Of a stretch of 64,000 bases of DNA, positions 11,701 through 25,600 are shown piece after piece. Below the pieces are notes generated by a model that saw only the letters and a list, made by a program, of their open reading frames with translations, did not search any database and was not told the origin of the DNA. The stretch lies in the NCBI RefSeq assembly GCF_009914755.1, contig NC_060927.1. One strand, written 5' to 3'. The position numbers were made by a program, and so were the translations under genes. Source of the stretch: the human T2T-CHM13v2.0 reference genome, Homo sapiens. The first letter of the stretch is position 1. Each line of letters begins with the position of its first letter.

Positions 11701-14455
11701 CTGTCTAGCATTATGTGAAGAAATCCCGTTTCCAACGAAAGCCTCAAAGAGGTCCAAATATCCAGTTGCAGAATTTACAAACTGACTGTTTCCAAACTCA
11801 TCTATGAAAAGAAAGGTTAAACTCTGTGAGTTGAATGCACATATCACAAAGTAGTTCCTGAGAATGATTCTGTCTAGTTTTTATACGAAGATATTTCCTT
11901 TTCCACCAATGGCCTCAAAGTGCTTGAAATCTCCCCTTGCAAATTCCACAGACAAGTGTTTCAAATCTGCACTGTCTAAAGGAAGGTTCAACCCTGTGAG
12001 TTGAATACACACACACAGAAAAAAATTCACTGAGAATTCTATTGTCTATCATTACACGAAGAAATCCCATTTACTACGAAGGCCTCAAAGAGGTCCAAAT
12101 ATCCAGCTGCAGACATTACAAACTGAGTGTTTCCAAAGTGCTCTATGAAAAGAAGTGTTAAACACTGTGAGTTCAATGCACACATCCCAAAGCAGTTTCT
12201 GAGAATGATTCCGTCTATTTTTTCTACGAAGATATTTCCTTTTCTACCGTTGGCCTCAAAGCGCTTGAAATCTCCACTTGCAAATTCCACAAAAAGAGAG
12301 TTTCAAATCTGCTCTGTCTAAAGGAAGGTTCAACTCTGTGAGTTGAATACACACCACAAAAAGAAGTTACTGAGAATTCTTCTGTCTAGCATTATATGAA
12401 AAATCCCGTTTCCAACGAAGGCCACAAAGAGGTCCAAATATCCACTTGCAGATTCTGCAAAAAGAGTGTTTCCAAACTGCTCTATGAAAAGAAACGTTAA
12501 ACTCTGTGAGTTGAACGCAAACATCACAAAGTAGTTTCTGAGAATGACTTCGTCTAGTTTTTATACGAAGATATTTCCTTTCCTACCATTCACTTCAAAG
12601 CGCTTGAAGTCTCCCCCTGAAAATTCCACAAAAAGTGTTTCCAATCTGCTCCGCCTAAAGGAAGCTTCAAATCTGTGAGTTGAATACCCACAACCCAAAG
12701 AAGTTACTGAGAATTCTTCTGTCTAGCATTATATGAAGAAATCCCGTTTCCAACGAAGGCCTCAAATACATCCAAATATCCAGTTGCTGACTTTACAAAC
12801 TGAGTGTTTCCAAACTGCTCTATGAAAAGAAAGGTTAAACACTGTGAGTTGAACACACACGTACCAAAGTAGTTTCTGAGAATGATTCTGTCTAGTTTGC
12901 ATACGAAGATATTTCCTTTTCTACCATTGGCCTCAAAGCTCTGAAATCTCCACTTGCAAATTCCACAAAAAGAGAGTTTCAAATCTGCTGTTTCTAAAGG
13001 AAAGTTCAACTCTGAGAGTTGAATACACACCAGAAAAAGCAGTTACTGAGAAGTCTTCTGTCTAGCATTATATGAAGAAATCCCATTTCCAACGAAGACT
13101 TCAAAGAGGTCCAAATATCCACTTGCAGATTCTGCAAAAAGAGTGTTTCGAAACAACTGTATGAAAAGAAAGGTTAAACACTGTGAGTTGAACGCACACA
13201 TTGCAAAGCAGTTTCTGAGAATGATTCCGTCTAATTATTATACGAAGGTATTTCCTTTTCTATCATTGGCCTCAAAGCGCTTGATACCTCCACCTGAAAA
13301 TTCCACAAAAAGAGTGTTTCCAATCTACTCTGTCTAAAGGAACGTTCAACTCTGTGAGTTGAATACACACACACAGAAAGAATTCACTGAGAATTCTTCT
13401 GTCTGGCATTACATGAAGAAATCCCGTTTCCAACGAAGGCCTCAAAGAGGTCCAAATATCCACTTGCAGATTCTGCAAAAAGAGTGTTTCAAAACCGCTC
13501 CATTAAAAGGAATGTTGAACTCTGTGAGTTGAATGCAAACATCACAACTCAGTTGCTGAGAATGCTTCTGACTAGATTTTATGGTAAGATATTTCCTTTT
13601 CTACCGTAGGCTTCAATGCCCTCTAAATACACCCTTGCAAATTCTACAAAGAGACTGTTTCATAACTGCTCTATAGGAAGAAAGGTTCAACTCTGTGAGT
13701 TGAATGCAGAGATCACAACGTGGTTTCTGCGAATGATTCTTTGTAGTTTTTACATGAAGATATTTCGTTGTCAACCGTAGGCTTCAAAGCACTCAAAGTA
13801 TTCACTTGGAACTTTTACAAAAAGAGTGTTAGAAAACTGCTCTTTCCAAAGTAAGGTTCAACTCTGTGAGTTGAATGCACACATAACAATCAAGAAGTTT
13901 CTGAGAATTCTTCTGTCCTGGTTTATATGAAAAAATCCCGTTTCCAACGAAGGCCTCAAAGACGTTTAAATATCCACTTGCAGACTTCACAAACAGAGGG
14001 TTTCCAAACTGCTCTATGAAAAGAAAGGTTAAACTCTGTGAGTTGAACGCACACATCACAAAGTAGCTTCTGAGAATGATACTGTCTAGTTTTTATACGA
14101 AGATATTTCCTTTCTACCATTGGCGTCAAAGCGCTAGAATTCTCCACTTGCAAATTCCACAAAAAGAGTGTTTCCAATCTGCTCTGTCTAAAGGAAGGTT
14201 CAACTCTGTGAGTTGAATACACACACACAAAGAAGCTACTGAGAATTCTTTTGTCAAGAATTATAAGAAGAAATCCCGTTTCCAACGAAGGCCTCAAAGA
14301 GTTCCAAATATCCACTTGCACACTGCACAAACTAAGTCTTTCCAAACTGCTCTATGCAAAGAAATGTTCAACTCTGTGAGTTTAATACACACATCACAAA
14401 GCAGTTTCTGAGAATGATACTGTCTAGTTTTTATACGAAGATATTTCCTTTTGTA

Positions 14456-16665
14456 CCATTGGCCTCATACTGCTAGAATTTTCCACTTGCAAATTCCACA
14501 AAAAGAGTGTTTCCAATCCGCTCTGTCTAAAGGAAGGTTCAACTCTCTGATTTGAATACATACATCCCAAAAGAAGTTACTGAGAATTCTTCTGTCTAGC
14601 ATTATATGAAAAATCCCGTTTCCAACGAAGGCCACAAAGAGGTCCAAATATCCACTTGCAGATTCTGCAAAAAGAGTGTTTCCAAACTGCTCTATGAAAA
14701 GAAACGTTAAACTCTGTGAGTTGAACGCAAACATCACAAAGTAGTTTCTGAGAATGACTCCGTCTAGTTTTTATACGAAGATATTTCCTTTCCTACCATT
14801 CACTTCAAAGCGCTTGAAGTCTCCCCCTGAAAATTCCACAAAAAGTGTTTCCAATCTGCTCCGCCTAAAGGAAGCTTCAACTCTGTGAGTTGAATACCCA
14901 CAACCCAAAGAAGTTACTGAGAATTCTTCTGTCTAGCATTATATGAAGAAATCCCGTTTCCAACGAAGGCCTCAAATACATCCAAATATCCAGTTGCTGA
15001 CTTTACAAACTGAGTGTTTCCAAACTGCTCTATGAAAAGAAAGGTTAAACACTGTGAGTTGAACACACACGTACCAAAGTAGTTTCTGAGAATGATTCTG
15101 TCTAGTTTGCATACGAAGATATTTCCTTTTCTACCATTGGCCTCAAAGCTCTGAAATCTCCACTTGCAAATTCCACAAAAAGAGAGTTTCAAATCTGCTG
15201 TTTCTAAAGGAAAGTTCAACTCTGAGAGTTGAATACACACCAGAAAAAGCAGTTACTGAGAAGTCTTCTGTCTAGCATTATATGAAGAAATCCCATTTCC
15301 AACGAAGACTTCAAAGAGGTCCAAATATCCACTTGCAGATTCTGCAAAAAGAGTGTTTCGAAACAACTGTATGAAAAGAAAGGTTAAACACTGTGAGTTG
15401 AACGCACACATTGCAAAGCAGTTTCTGAGAATGATTCCGTCTAATTATTATACGAAGGTATTTCCTTTTCTATCATTGGCCTCAAAGCGCTTGATACCTC
15501 CACCTGAAAATTCCACAAAAAGAGTGTTTCCAATCTACTCTGTCTAAAGGAACGTTCAACTCTGTGAGTTGAATACACACACACAGAAAGAATTCACTGA
15601 GAATTCTTCTGTCTGGCATTACATGAAGAAATCCCGTTTCCAACGAAGGCCTCAAAGAGGTCCAAATATCCACTTGCAGATTCTGCAAAAAGAGTGTTTC
15701 AAAACCGCTCCATTAAAAGGAATGTTGAACTCTGTGAGTTGAATGCAAACATCACAACTCAGTTGCTGAGAATGCTTCTGACTAGATTTTATGGTAAGAT
15801 ATTTCCTTTTCTACCGTAGGCTTCAATGCCCTCTAAATACACCCTTGCAAATTCTACAAAGAGACCGTTTCATAACTGCTCTATAGGAAGAAAGGTTCAA
15901 CTCTGTGAGTTGAATGCAGAGATCACAACGTGGTTTCTGCGAATGATTCTTTGTAGTTTTTACATGAAGATATTTCGTTGTCAACCGTAGGCTTCAAAGC
16001 ACTCAAAGTATTCACTTGGAACTTTTACAAAAAGAGTGTTAGAAAACTGCTCTTTCCAAAGTAAGGTTCAACTCTGTGAGTTGAATGCACACATAACAAT
16101 CAAGAAGTTTCTGAGAATTCTTCTGTCCTGGTTTATAGGAACAAATGCCGTTTCCAACGAAGGCCTCAAAGACGTTTAAATATCCACTTGCAGACTTCAC
16201 AAACAGAGGGTTTCCAAACTGCTCTATGAAAAGAAAGGTTAAACTCTGTGAGTTGAACGCACACATCACAAAGTAGCTTCTGAGAATGATACTGTCTAGT
16301 TTTTATACGAAGATATTTCCTTTCTACCATTGGCGTCAAAGCGCTAGAATTCTCCACTTGCAAATTCCACAAAAAGAGTGTTTCCAATCTGCTCTGTCTA
16401 AAGGAAGGTTCAACTCTGTGAGTTGAATACACACACACAAAGAAGCTACTGAGAATTCTTTTGTCAAGAATTATAAGAAGAAATCCCGTTTCCAACGAAG
16501 GCCTCAAAGAGTTCCAAATATCCACTTGCACACTGCACAAACTAAGTCTTTCCAAACTGCTCTATGCAAAGAAATGTTCAACTCTGTGAGTTTAATACAC
16601 ACATCACAAAGCAGTTTCTGAGAATGATACTGTCTAGTTTTTATACGAAGATATTTCCTTTTGTA
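14456..16665 (-). repeat. Structural-variant HOR U6: 13-mer (2,210 bp, 681 bp or 4 monomers short) with a chimeric monomer
   Basis: The box-1 monomer start (tacatcccaaaagaag) runs directly into box-3 sequence (tatgaaaaatcccg...ggccacaaag) at 14569-14605. ORF spacing from 12704 to 14914 is 2,210. Confidence 0.96.
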
Positions 16666-19600
16666 CCATTGGCCTCATACTGCTAGAATTTTCCACTTGC
16701 AAATTCCACAAAAAGAGTGTTTCCAATCCGCTCTGTCTAAAGGAAGGTTCAACTCTCTGATTTGAATACATACATCCCAAAAGAAGTTACTGAGAATTCT
16801 TCTGTCTAGCATTATGTGAAGAAATCCCGTTTCCAACGAAAGCCTCAAAGAGGTCCAAATATCCAGTTGCAGAATTTACAAACTGACTGTTTCCAAACTC
16901 ATCTATGAAAAGAAAGGTTAAACTCTGGGAGTTGAATGCACATATCACAAAGTAGTTCCTGAGAATGATTCTGTCTAGTTTTCATACGAAGATATTTCCT
17001 TTTCCACCAATGGCCTCAAAGTGCTTGAAATCTCCCCTTGCAAATTCCACAGACAAGTGTTTCAAATCTGCACTGTCTAAAGGAAGGTTCAACCCTGTGA
17101 GTTGAATACACACACACAGAAAAAAATTCACTGAGAATTCTATTGTCTATCATTACACGAAGAAATCCCGTTTACTACGAAGGCCTCAAAGAGGTCCAAA
17201 TATCCAGCTGCAGACATTACAAACTGAGTGTTTCCAAAGTGCTCTATGAAAAGAAGTGTTAAACACTGTGAGTTCAATGCACACATCCCAAAGCAGTTTC
17301 TGAGAATGATTCCGTCTATTTTTTCTACGAAGATATTTCCTTTTCTGCCGTTGGCCTCAAAGCGCTTGAAATCTCCACTTGCAAATTCCACAAAAAGAGA
17401 GTTTCAAATCTGCTCTGTCTAAAGGAAGGTTCAACTCTGTGAGTTGAATACACACCACAAAAAGAAGTTACTGAGAATTCTTCTGTCTAGCATTATATGA
17501 AAAATCCCGTTTCCAACGAAGGCCACAAAGAGGTCCAAATATCCACTTGCAGATTCTGCAAAAAGAGTGTTTCCAAACTGCTCTATGAAAAGAAACGTTA
17601 AACTCTGTGAGTTGAACGCAAACATCACAAAGTAGTTTCTGAGAATGACTCCGTCTAGTTTTTATACGAAGATATTTCCTTTCCTACCATTCACTTCAAA
17701 GCGCTTGAAGTCTCCCCCTGAAAATTCCACAAAAAGTGTTTCCAATCTGCTCCGCCTAAAGGAAGCTTCAACTCTGTGAGTTGAATACCCACAACCCAAA
17801 GAAGTTACTGAGAATTCTTCTGTCTAGCATTATATGAAGAAATCCCGTTTCCAACGAAGGCCTCAAATACATCCAAATATCCAGTTGCTGACTTTACAAA
17901 CTGAGTGTTTCCAAACTGCTCTATGAAAAGAAAGGTTAAACACTGTGAGTTGAACACACACGTACCAAAGTAGTTTCTGAGAATGATTCTGTCTAGTTTG
18001 CATACGAAGATATTTCCTTTTCTACCATTGGCCTCAAAGCTCTGAAATCTCCACTTGCAAATTCCACAAAAAGAGAGTTTCAAATCTGCTGTTTCTAAAG
18101 GAAAGTTCAACTCTGAGAGTTGAATACACACCAGAAAAAGCAGTTACTGAGAAGTCTTCTGTCTAGCATTATATGAAGAAATCCCATTTCCAACGAAGAC
18201 TTCCAAGAGGTCCAAATATCCACTTGCAGATTCTGCAAAAAGAGTGTTTCGAAACAACTGTATGAAAAGAAAGGTTAAACACTGTGAGTTGAACGCACAC
18301 ATTGCAAAGCAGTTTCTGAGAATGATTCCGTCTAATTATTATACGAAGGTATTTCCTTTTCTATCATTGGCCTCAAAGCGCTTGATACCTCCACCTGAAA
18401 ATTCCACAAAAAGAGTGTTTCCAATCTACTCTGTCTAAAGGAACGTTCAACTCTGTGAGTTGAATACACACACACAGAAAGAATTCACTGAGAATTCTTC
18501 TGTCTGGCATTACATGAAGAAATCCCGTTTCCAACGAAGGCCTCAAAGAGGTCCAAATATCCACTTGCAGATTCTGCAAAAAGAGTGTTTCAAAACCGCT
18601 CCATTAAAAGGAATGTTGAACTCTGTGAGTTGAATGCAAACATCACAACTCAGTTGCTGAGAATGCTTCTGACTAGATTTTATGGTAAGATATTTCCTTT
18701 TCTACCGTAGGCTTCAATGCCCTCTAAATACACCCTTGCAAATTCTACAAAGAGACTGTTTCATAACTGCTCTATAGGAAGAAAGGTTCAACTCTGTGAG
18801 TTGAATGCAGAGATCACAACGTGGTTTCTGCGAATGATTCTTTGTAGTTTTTACATGAAGATATTTCGTTGTCAACCGTAGGCTTCAAAGCACTCAAAGT
18901 ATTCACTTGGAACTTTTACAAAAAGAGTGTTAGAAAACCGCTCTTTCCAAAGTAAGGTTCAACTCTGTGAGTTGAATGCACACATAACAATCAAGAAGTT
19001 TCTGAGAATTCTTCTGTCCTGGTTTATATGAAAAAATCCCGTTTCCAACGAAGGCCTCAAAGACGTTTAAATATCCACTTGCAGATTCTGCAAAAAGAGT
19101 GTTTCCAAACTGCTCTATGAAAAGAAAGGTTAAACTCTGTGAGTTGAACGCACACATCACAAAGTAGCTTCTGAGAATGATACTGTCTAGTTTTTATACG
19201 AAGATATTTCCTTTCTACCATTGGCGTCAAAGCGCTAGAATTCTCCACTTGCAAATTCCACAAAAAGAGTGTTTCCAATCTGCTCTGTCTAAAGGAAGGT
19301 TCAACTCTGTGAGTTGAATACACACACACAAAGAAGCTACTGAGAATTCTTTTGTCAAGAATTATAAGAAGAAATCCCGTTTCCAACGAAGGCCTCAAAG
19401 AGTTCCAAATATCCACTTGCACACTGCACAAACTAAGTCTTTCCAAACTGCTCTATGCAAAGAAATGTTCAACTCTGTGAGTTTAATACACACATCACAA
19501 AGCAGTTTCTGAGAATGATACTGTCTAGTTTTTATACGAAGATATTTCCTTTTGTACCATTGGCCTCATACTGCTAGAATTTTCCACTTGCAAATTCCAC

Positions 19601-22600
19601 AAAAAGAGTGTTTCCAATCCGCTCTGTCTAAAGGAAGGTTCAACTCTCTGATTTGAATACATACATCCCAAAAGAAGTTACTGAGAATTCTTCTGTCTAG
19701 CATTATGTGAAGAAATCCCGTTTCCAACGAAAGCCTCAAAGAGGTCCAAATATCCAGTTGCAGAATTTACAAACTGACTGTTTCCAAACTCATCTATGAA
19801 AAGAAAGGTTAAACTCTGGGAGTTGAATGCACATATCACAAAGTAGTTCCTGAGAATGATTCTGTCTAGTTTTCATACGAAGATATTTCCTTTTCCACCA
19901 ATGGCCTCAAAGTGCTTGAAATCTCCCCTTGCAAATTCCACAGACAAGTGTTTCAAATCTGCACTGTCTAAAGGAAGGTTCAACCCTGTGAGTTGAATAC
20001 ACACACACAGAAAAAAATTCACTGAGAATTCTATTGTCTATCATTACACGAAGAAATCCCGTTTACTACGAAGGCCTCAAAGAGGTCCAAATATCCAGCT
20101 GCAGACATTACAAACTGAGTGTTTCCAAAGTGCTCTATGAAAAGAAGTGTTAAACACTGTGAGTTCAATGCACACATCCCAAAGCAGTTTCTGAGAATGA
20201 TTCCGTCTATTTTTTCTACGAAGATATTTCCTTTTCTGCCGTTGGCCTCAAAGCGCTTGAAATCTCCACTTGCAAATTCCACAAAAAGAGAGTTTCAAAT
20301 CTGCTCTGTCTAAAGGAAGGTTCAACTCTGTGAGTTGAATACACACCACAAAAAGAAGTTACTGAGAATTCTTCTGTCTAGCATTATATGAAAAATCCCG
20401 TTTCCAACGAAGGCCACAAAGAGGTCCAAATATCCACTTGCAGATTCTGCAAAAAGAGTGTTTCCAAACTGCTCTATGAAAAGAAACGTTAAACTCTGTG
20501 AGTTGAACGCAAACATCACAAAGTAGTTTCTGAGAATGACTCCGTCTAGTTTTTATACGAAGATATTTCCTTTCCTACCATTCACTTCAAAGCGCTTGAA
20601 GTCTCCCCCTGAAAATTCCACAAAAAGTGTTTCCAATCTGCTCCGCCTAAAGGAAGCTTCAACTCTGTGAGTTGAATACCCACAACCCAAAGAAGTTACT
20701 GAGAATTCTTCTGTCTAGCATTATATGAAGAAATCCCGTTTCCAACGAAGGCCTCAAATACATCCAAATATCCAGTTGCTGACTTTACAAACTGAGTGTT
20801 TCCAAACTGCTCTATGAAAAGAAAGGTTAAACACTGTGAGTTGAACACACACGTACCAAAGTAGTTTCTGAGAATGATTCTGTCTAGTTTGCATACGAAG
20901 ATATTTCCTTTTCTACCATTGGCCTCAAAGCTCTGAAATCTCCACTTGCAAATTCCACAAAAAGAGAGTTTCAAATCTGCTGTTTCTAAAGGAAAGTTCA
21001 ACTCTGAGAGTTGAATACACACCAGAAAAAGCAGTTACTGAGAAGTCTTCTGTCTAGCATTATATGAAGAAATCCCATTTCCAACGAAGACTTCAAAGAG
21101 GTCCAAATATCCACTTGCAGATTCTGCAAAAAGAGTGTTTCGAAACAACTGTATGAAAAGAAAGGTTAAACACTGTGAGTTGAACGCACACATTGCAAAG
21201 CAGTTTCTGAGAATGATTCCGTCTAATTATTATACGAAGGTATTTCCTTTTCTATCATTGGCCTCAAAGCGCTTGATACCTCCACCTGAAAATTCCACAA
21301 AAAGAGTGTTTCCAATCTACTCTGTCTAAAGGAACGTTCAACTCTGTGAGTTGAATACACACACACAGAAAGAATTCACTGAGAATTCTTCTGTCTGGCA
21401 TTACATGAAGAAATCCCGTTTCCAACGAAGGCCTCAAAGAGGTCCAAATATCCACTTGCAGATTCTGCAAAAAGAGTGTTTCAAAACCGCTCCATTAAAA
21501 GGAATGTTGAACTCTGTGAGTTGAATGCAAACATCACAACTCAGTTTCTGAGAATGCTTCTGACTAGATTTTATGGTAAGATATTTCCTTTTCTACCGTA
21601 GGCTTCAATGCCCTCTAAATACACCCTTGCAAATTCTACAAAGAGACCGTTTCATAACTGCTCTATAGGAAGAAAGGTTCAACTCTGTGAGTTGAATGCA
21701 GAGATCACAACGTGGTTTCTGCGAATGATTCTTTGTAGTTTTTACATGAAGATATTTCGTTGTCAACCGTAGGCTTCAAAGCACTCAAAGTATTCACTTG
21801 GAACTTTTACAAAAAGAGTGTTAGAAAACTGCTCTTTCCAAAGTAAGGTTCAACTCTGTGAGTTGAATGCACACATAACAATCAAGAAGTTTCTGAGAAT
21901 TCTTCTGTCCTGGTTTATAGGAACAAATGCCGTTTCCAACGAAGGCCTCAAAGATGTTTAAATATCCACTTGCAGACTTCACAAACAGAGGGTTTCCAAA
22001 CTGCTCTATGAAAAGAAAGGTTAAACTCTGTGAGTTGAACGCACACATCACAAAGTAGCTTCTGAGAATGATACTGTCTAGTTTTTATACGAAGATATTT
22101 CCTTTCTACCATTGGCGTCAAAGCGCTAGAATTCTCCACTTGCAAATTCCACAAAAAGAGTGTTTCCAATCTGCTCTGTCTAAAGGAAGGTTCAACTCTG
22201 TGAGTTGAATACACACACACAAAGAAGCTACTGAGAATTCTTTTGTCAAGAAGTATAAGAAGAAATCCCGTTTCCAACGAAGGCCTCAAAGAGTTCCAAA
22301 TATCCACTTGCACACTGCACAAACTAAGTCTTTCCAAACTGCTCTATGCAAAGAAATGTTCAACTCTGTGAGTTTAATACACACATCACAAAGCAGTTTC
22401 TGAGAATGATACTGTCTAGTTTTTATACGAAGATATTTCCTTTTGTACCATTGGCCTCATACTGCTAGAATTTTCCACTTGCAAATTCCACAAAAAGAGT
22501 GTTTCCAATCCGCTCTGTCTAAAGGAAGGTTCAACTCTCTGATTTGAATACATACATCCCAAAAGAAGTTACTGAGAATTCTTCTGTCTAGCATTATGTG

Positions 22601-25600
22601 AAGAAATCCCGTTTCCAACGAAAGCCTCAAAGAGGTCCAAATATCCAGTTGCAGAATTTACAAACTGACTGTTTCCAAACTCATCTATGAAAAGAAAGGT
22701 TAAACTCTGGGAGTTGAATGCACATATCACAAAGTAGTTCCTGAGAATGATTCTGTCTAGTTTTCATACGAAGATATTTCCTTTTCCACCAATGGCCTCA
22801 AAGTGCTTGAAATCTCCCCTTGCAAATTCCACAGACAAGTGTTTCAAATCTGCACTGTCTAAAGGAAGGTTCAACCCTGTGAGTTGAATACACACACACA
22901 GAAAAAAATTCACTGAGAATTCTATTGTCTATCATTACACGAAGAAATCCCGTTTACTACGAAGGCCTCAAAGAGGTCCAAATATCCAGCTGCAGACATT
23001 ACAAACTGAGTGTTTCCAAAGTGCTCTATGAAAAGAAGTGTTAAACACTGTGAGTTCAATGCACACATCCCAAAGCAGTTTCTGAGAATGATTCCGTCTA
23101 TTTTTTCTACGAAGATATTTCCTTTTCTGCCGTTGGCCTCAAAGCGCTTGAAATCTCCACTTGCAAATTCCACAAAAAGAGAGTTTCAAATCTGCTCTGT
23201 CTAAAGGAAGGTTCAACTCTGTGAGTTGAATACACACCACAAAAAGAAGTTACTGAGAATTCTTCTGTCTAGCATTATATGAAAAATCCCGTTTCCAACG
23301 AAGGCCACAAAGAGGTCCAAATATCCACTTGCAGATTCTGCAAAAAGAGTGTTTCCAAACTGCTCTATGAAAAGAAACGTTAAACTCTGTGAGTTGAACG
23401 CAAACATCACAAAGTAGTTTCTGAGAATGACTCCGTCTAGTTTTTATACGAAGATATTTCCTTTCCTACCATTCACTTCAAAGCGCTTGAAGTCTCCCCC
23501 TGAAAATTCCACAAAAAGTGTTTCCAATCTGCTCCGCCTAAAGGAAGCTTCAACTCTGTGAGTTGAATACCCACAACCCAAAGAAGTTACTGAGAATTCT
23601 TCTGTCTAGCATTATATGAAGAAATCCCGTTTCCAACGAAGGCCTCAAATACATCCAAATATCCAGTTGCTGACTTTACAAACTGAGTGTTTCCAAACTG
23701 CTCTATGAAAAGAAAGGTTAAACACTGTGAGTTGAACACACACGTACCAAAGTAGTTTCTGAGAATGATTCTGTCTAGTTTGCATACGAAGATATTTCCT
23801 TTTCTACCATTGGCCTCAAAGCTCTGAAATCTCCACTTGCAAATTCCACAAAAAGAGAGTTTCAAATCTGCTGTTTCTAAAGGAAAGTTCAACTCTGAGA
23901 GTTGAATACACACCAGAAAAAGCAGTTACTGAGAAGTCTTCTGTCTAGCATTATATGAAGAAATCCCATTTCCAACGAAGACTTCCAAGAGGTCCAAATA
24001 TCCACTTGCAGATTCTGCAAAAAGAGTGTTTCGAAACAACTGTATGAAAAGAAAGGTTAAACACTGTGAGTTGAACGCACACATTGCAAAGCAGTTTCTG
24101 AGAATGATTCCGTCTAATTATTATACGAAGGTATTTCCTTTTCTATCATTGGCCTCAAAGCGCTTGATACCTCCACCTGAAAATTCCACAAAAAGAGTGT
24201 TTCCAATCTACTCTGTCTAAAGGAACGTTCAACTCTGTGAGTTGAATACACACACACAGAAAGAATTCACTGAGAATTCTTCTGTCTGGCATTACATGAA
24301 GAAATCCCGTTTCCAACGAAGGCCTCAAAGAGGTCCAAATATCCACTTGCAGATTCTGCAAAAAGAGTGTTTCAAAACCGCTCCATTAAAAGGAATGTTG
24401 AACTCTGTGAGTTGAATGCAAACATCACAACTCAGTTGCTGAGAATGCTTCTGACTAGATTTTATGGTAAGATATTTCCTTTTCTACCGTAGGCTTCAAT
24501 GCCCTCTAAATACACCCTTGCAAATTCTACAAAGAGACTGTTTCATAACTGCTCTATAGGAAGAAAGGTTCAACTCTGTGAGTTGAATGCAGAGATCACA
24601 ACGTGGTTTCTGCGAATGATTCTTTGTAGTTTTTACATGAAGATATTTCGTTGTCAACCGTAGGCTTCAAAGCACTCAAAGTATTCACTTGGAACTTTTA
24701 CAAAAAGAGTGTTAGAAAACCGCTCTTTCCAAAGTAAGGTTCAACTCTGTGAGTTGAATGCACACATAACAATCAAGAAGTTTCTGAGAATTCTTCTGTC
24801 CTGGTTTATATGAAAAAATCCCGTTTCCAACGAAGGCCTCAAAGACGTTTAAATATCCACTTGCAGATTCTGCAAAAAGAGTGTTTCCAAACTGCTCTAT
24901 GAAAAGAAAGGTTAAACTCTGTGAGTTGAACGCACACATCACAAAGTAGCTTCTGAGAATGATACTGTCTAGTTTTTATACGAAGATATTTCCTTTCTAC
25001 CATTGGCGTCAAAGCGCTAGAATTCTCCACTTGCAAATTCCACAAAAAGAGTGTTTCCAATCTGCTCTGTCTAAAGGAAGGTTCAACTCTGTGAGTTGAA
25101 TACACACACACAAAGAAGCTACTGAGAATTCTTTTGTCAAGAATTATAAGAAGAAATCCCGTTTCCAACGAAGGCCTCAAAGAGTTCCAAATATCCACTT
25201 GCACACTGCACAAACTAAGTCTTTCCAAACTGCTCTATGCAAAGAAATGTTCAACTCTGTGAGTTTAATACACACATCACAAAGCAGTTTCTGAGAATGA
25301 TACTGTCTAGTTTTTATACGAAGATATTTCCTTTTGTACCATTGGCCTCATACTGCTAGAATTTTCCACTTGCAAATTCCACAAAAAGAGTGTTTCCAAT
25401 CCGCTCTGTCTAAAGGAAGGTTCAACTCTCTGATTTGAATACATACATCCCAAAAGAAGTTACTGAGAATTCTTCTGTCTAGCATTATGTGAAGAAATCC
25501 CGTTTCCAACGAAAGCCTCAAAGAGGTCCAAATATCCAGTTGCAGAATTTACAAACTGACTGTTTCCAAACTCATCTATGAAAAGAAAGGTTAAACTCTG

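Noticed and set aside
14465-14737. Unique 90-aa ORF (and the unique ORFs at 52935-53278)
   Set aside because: They are by-products of the 13-mer junction and of the 8-bp duplication.
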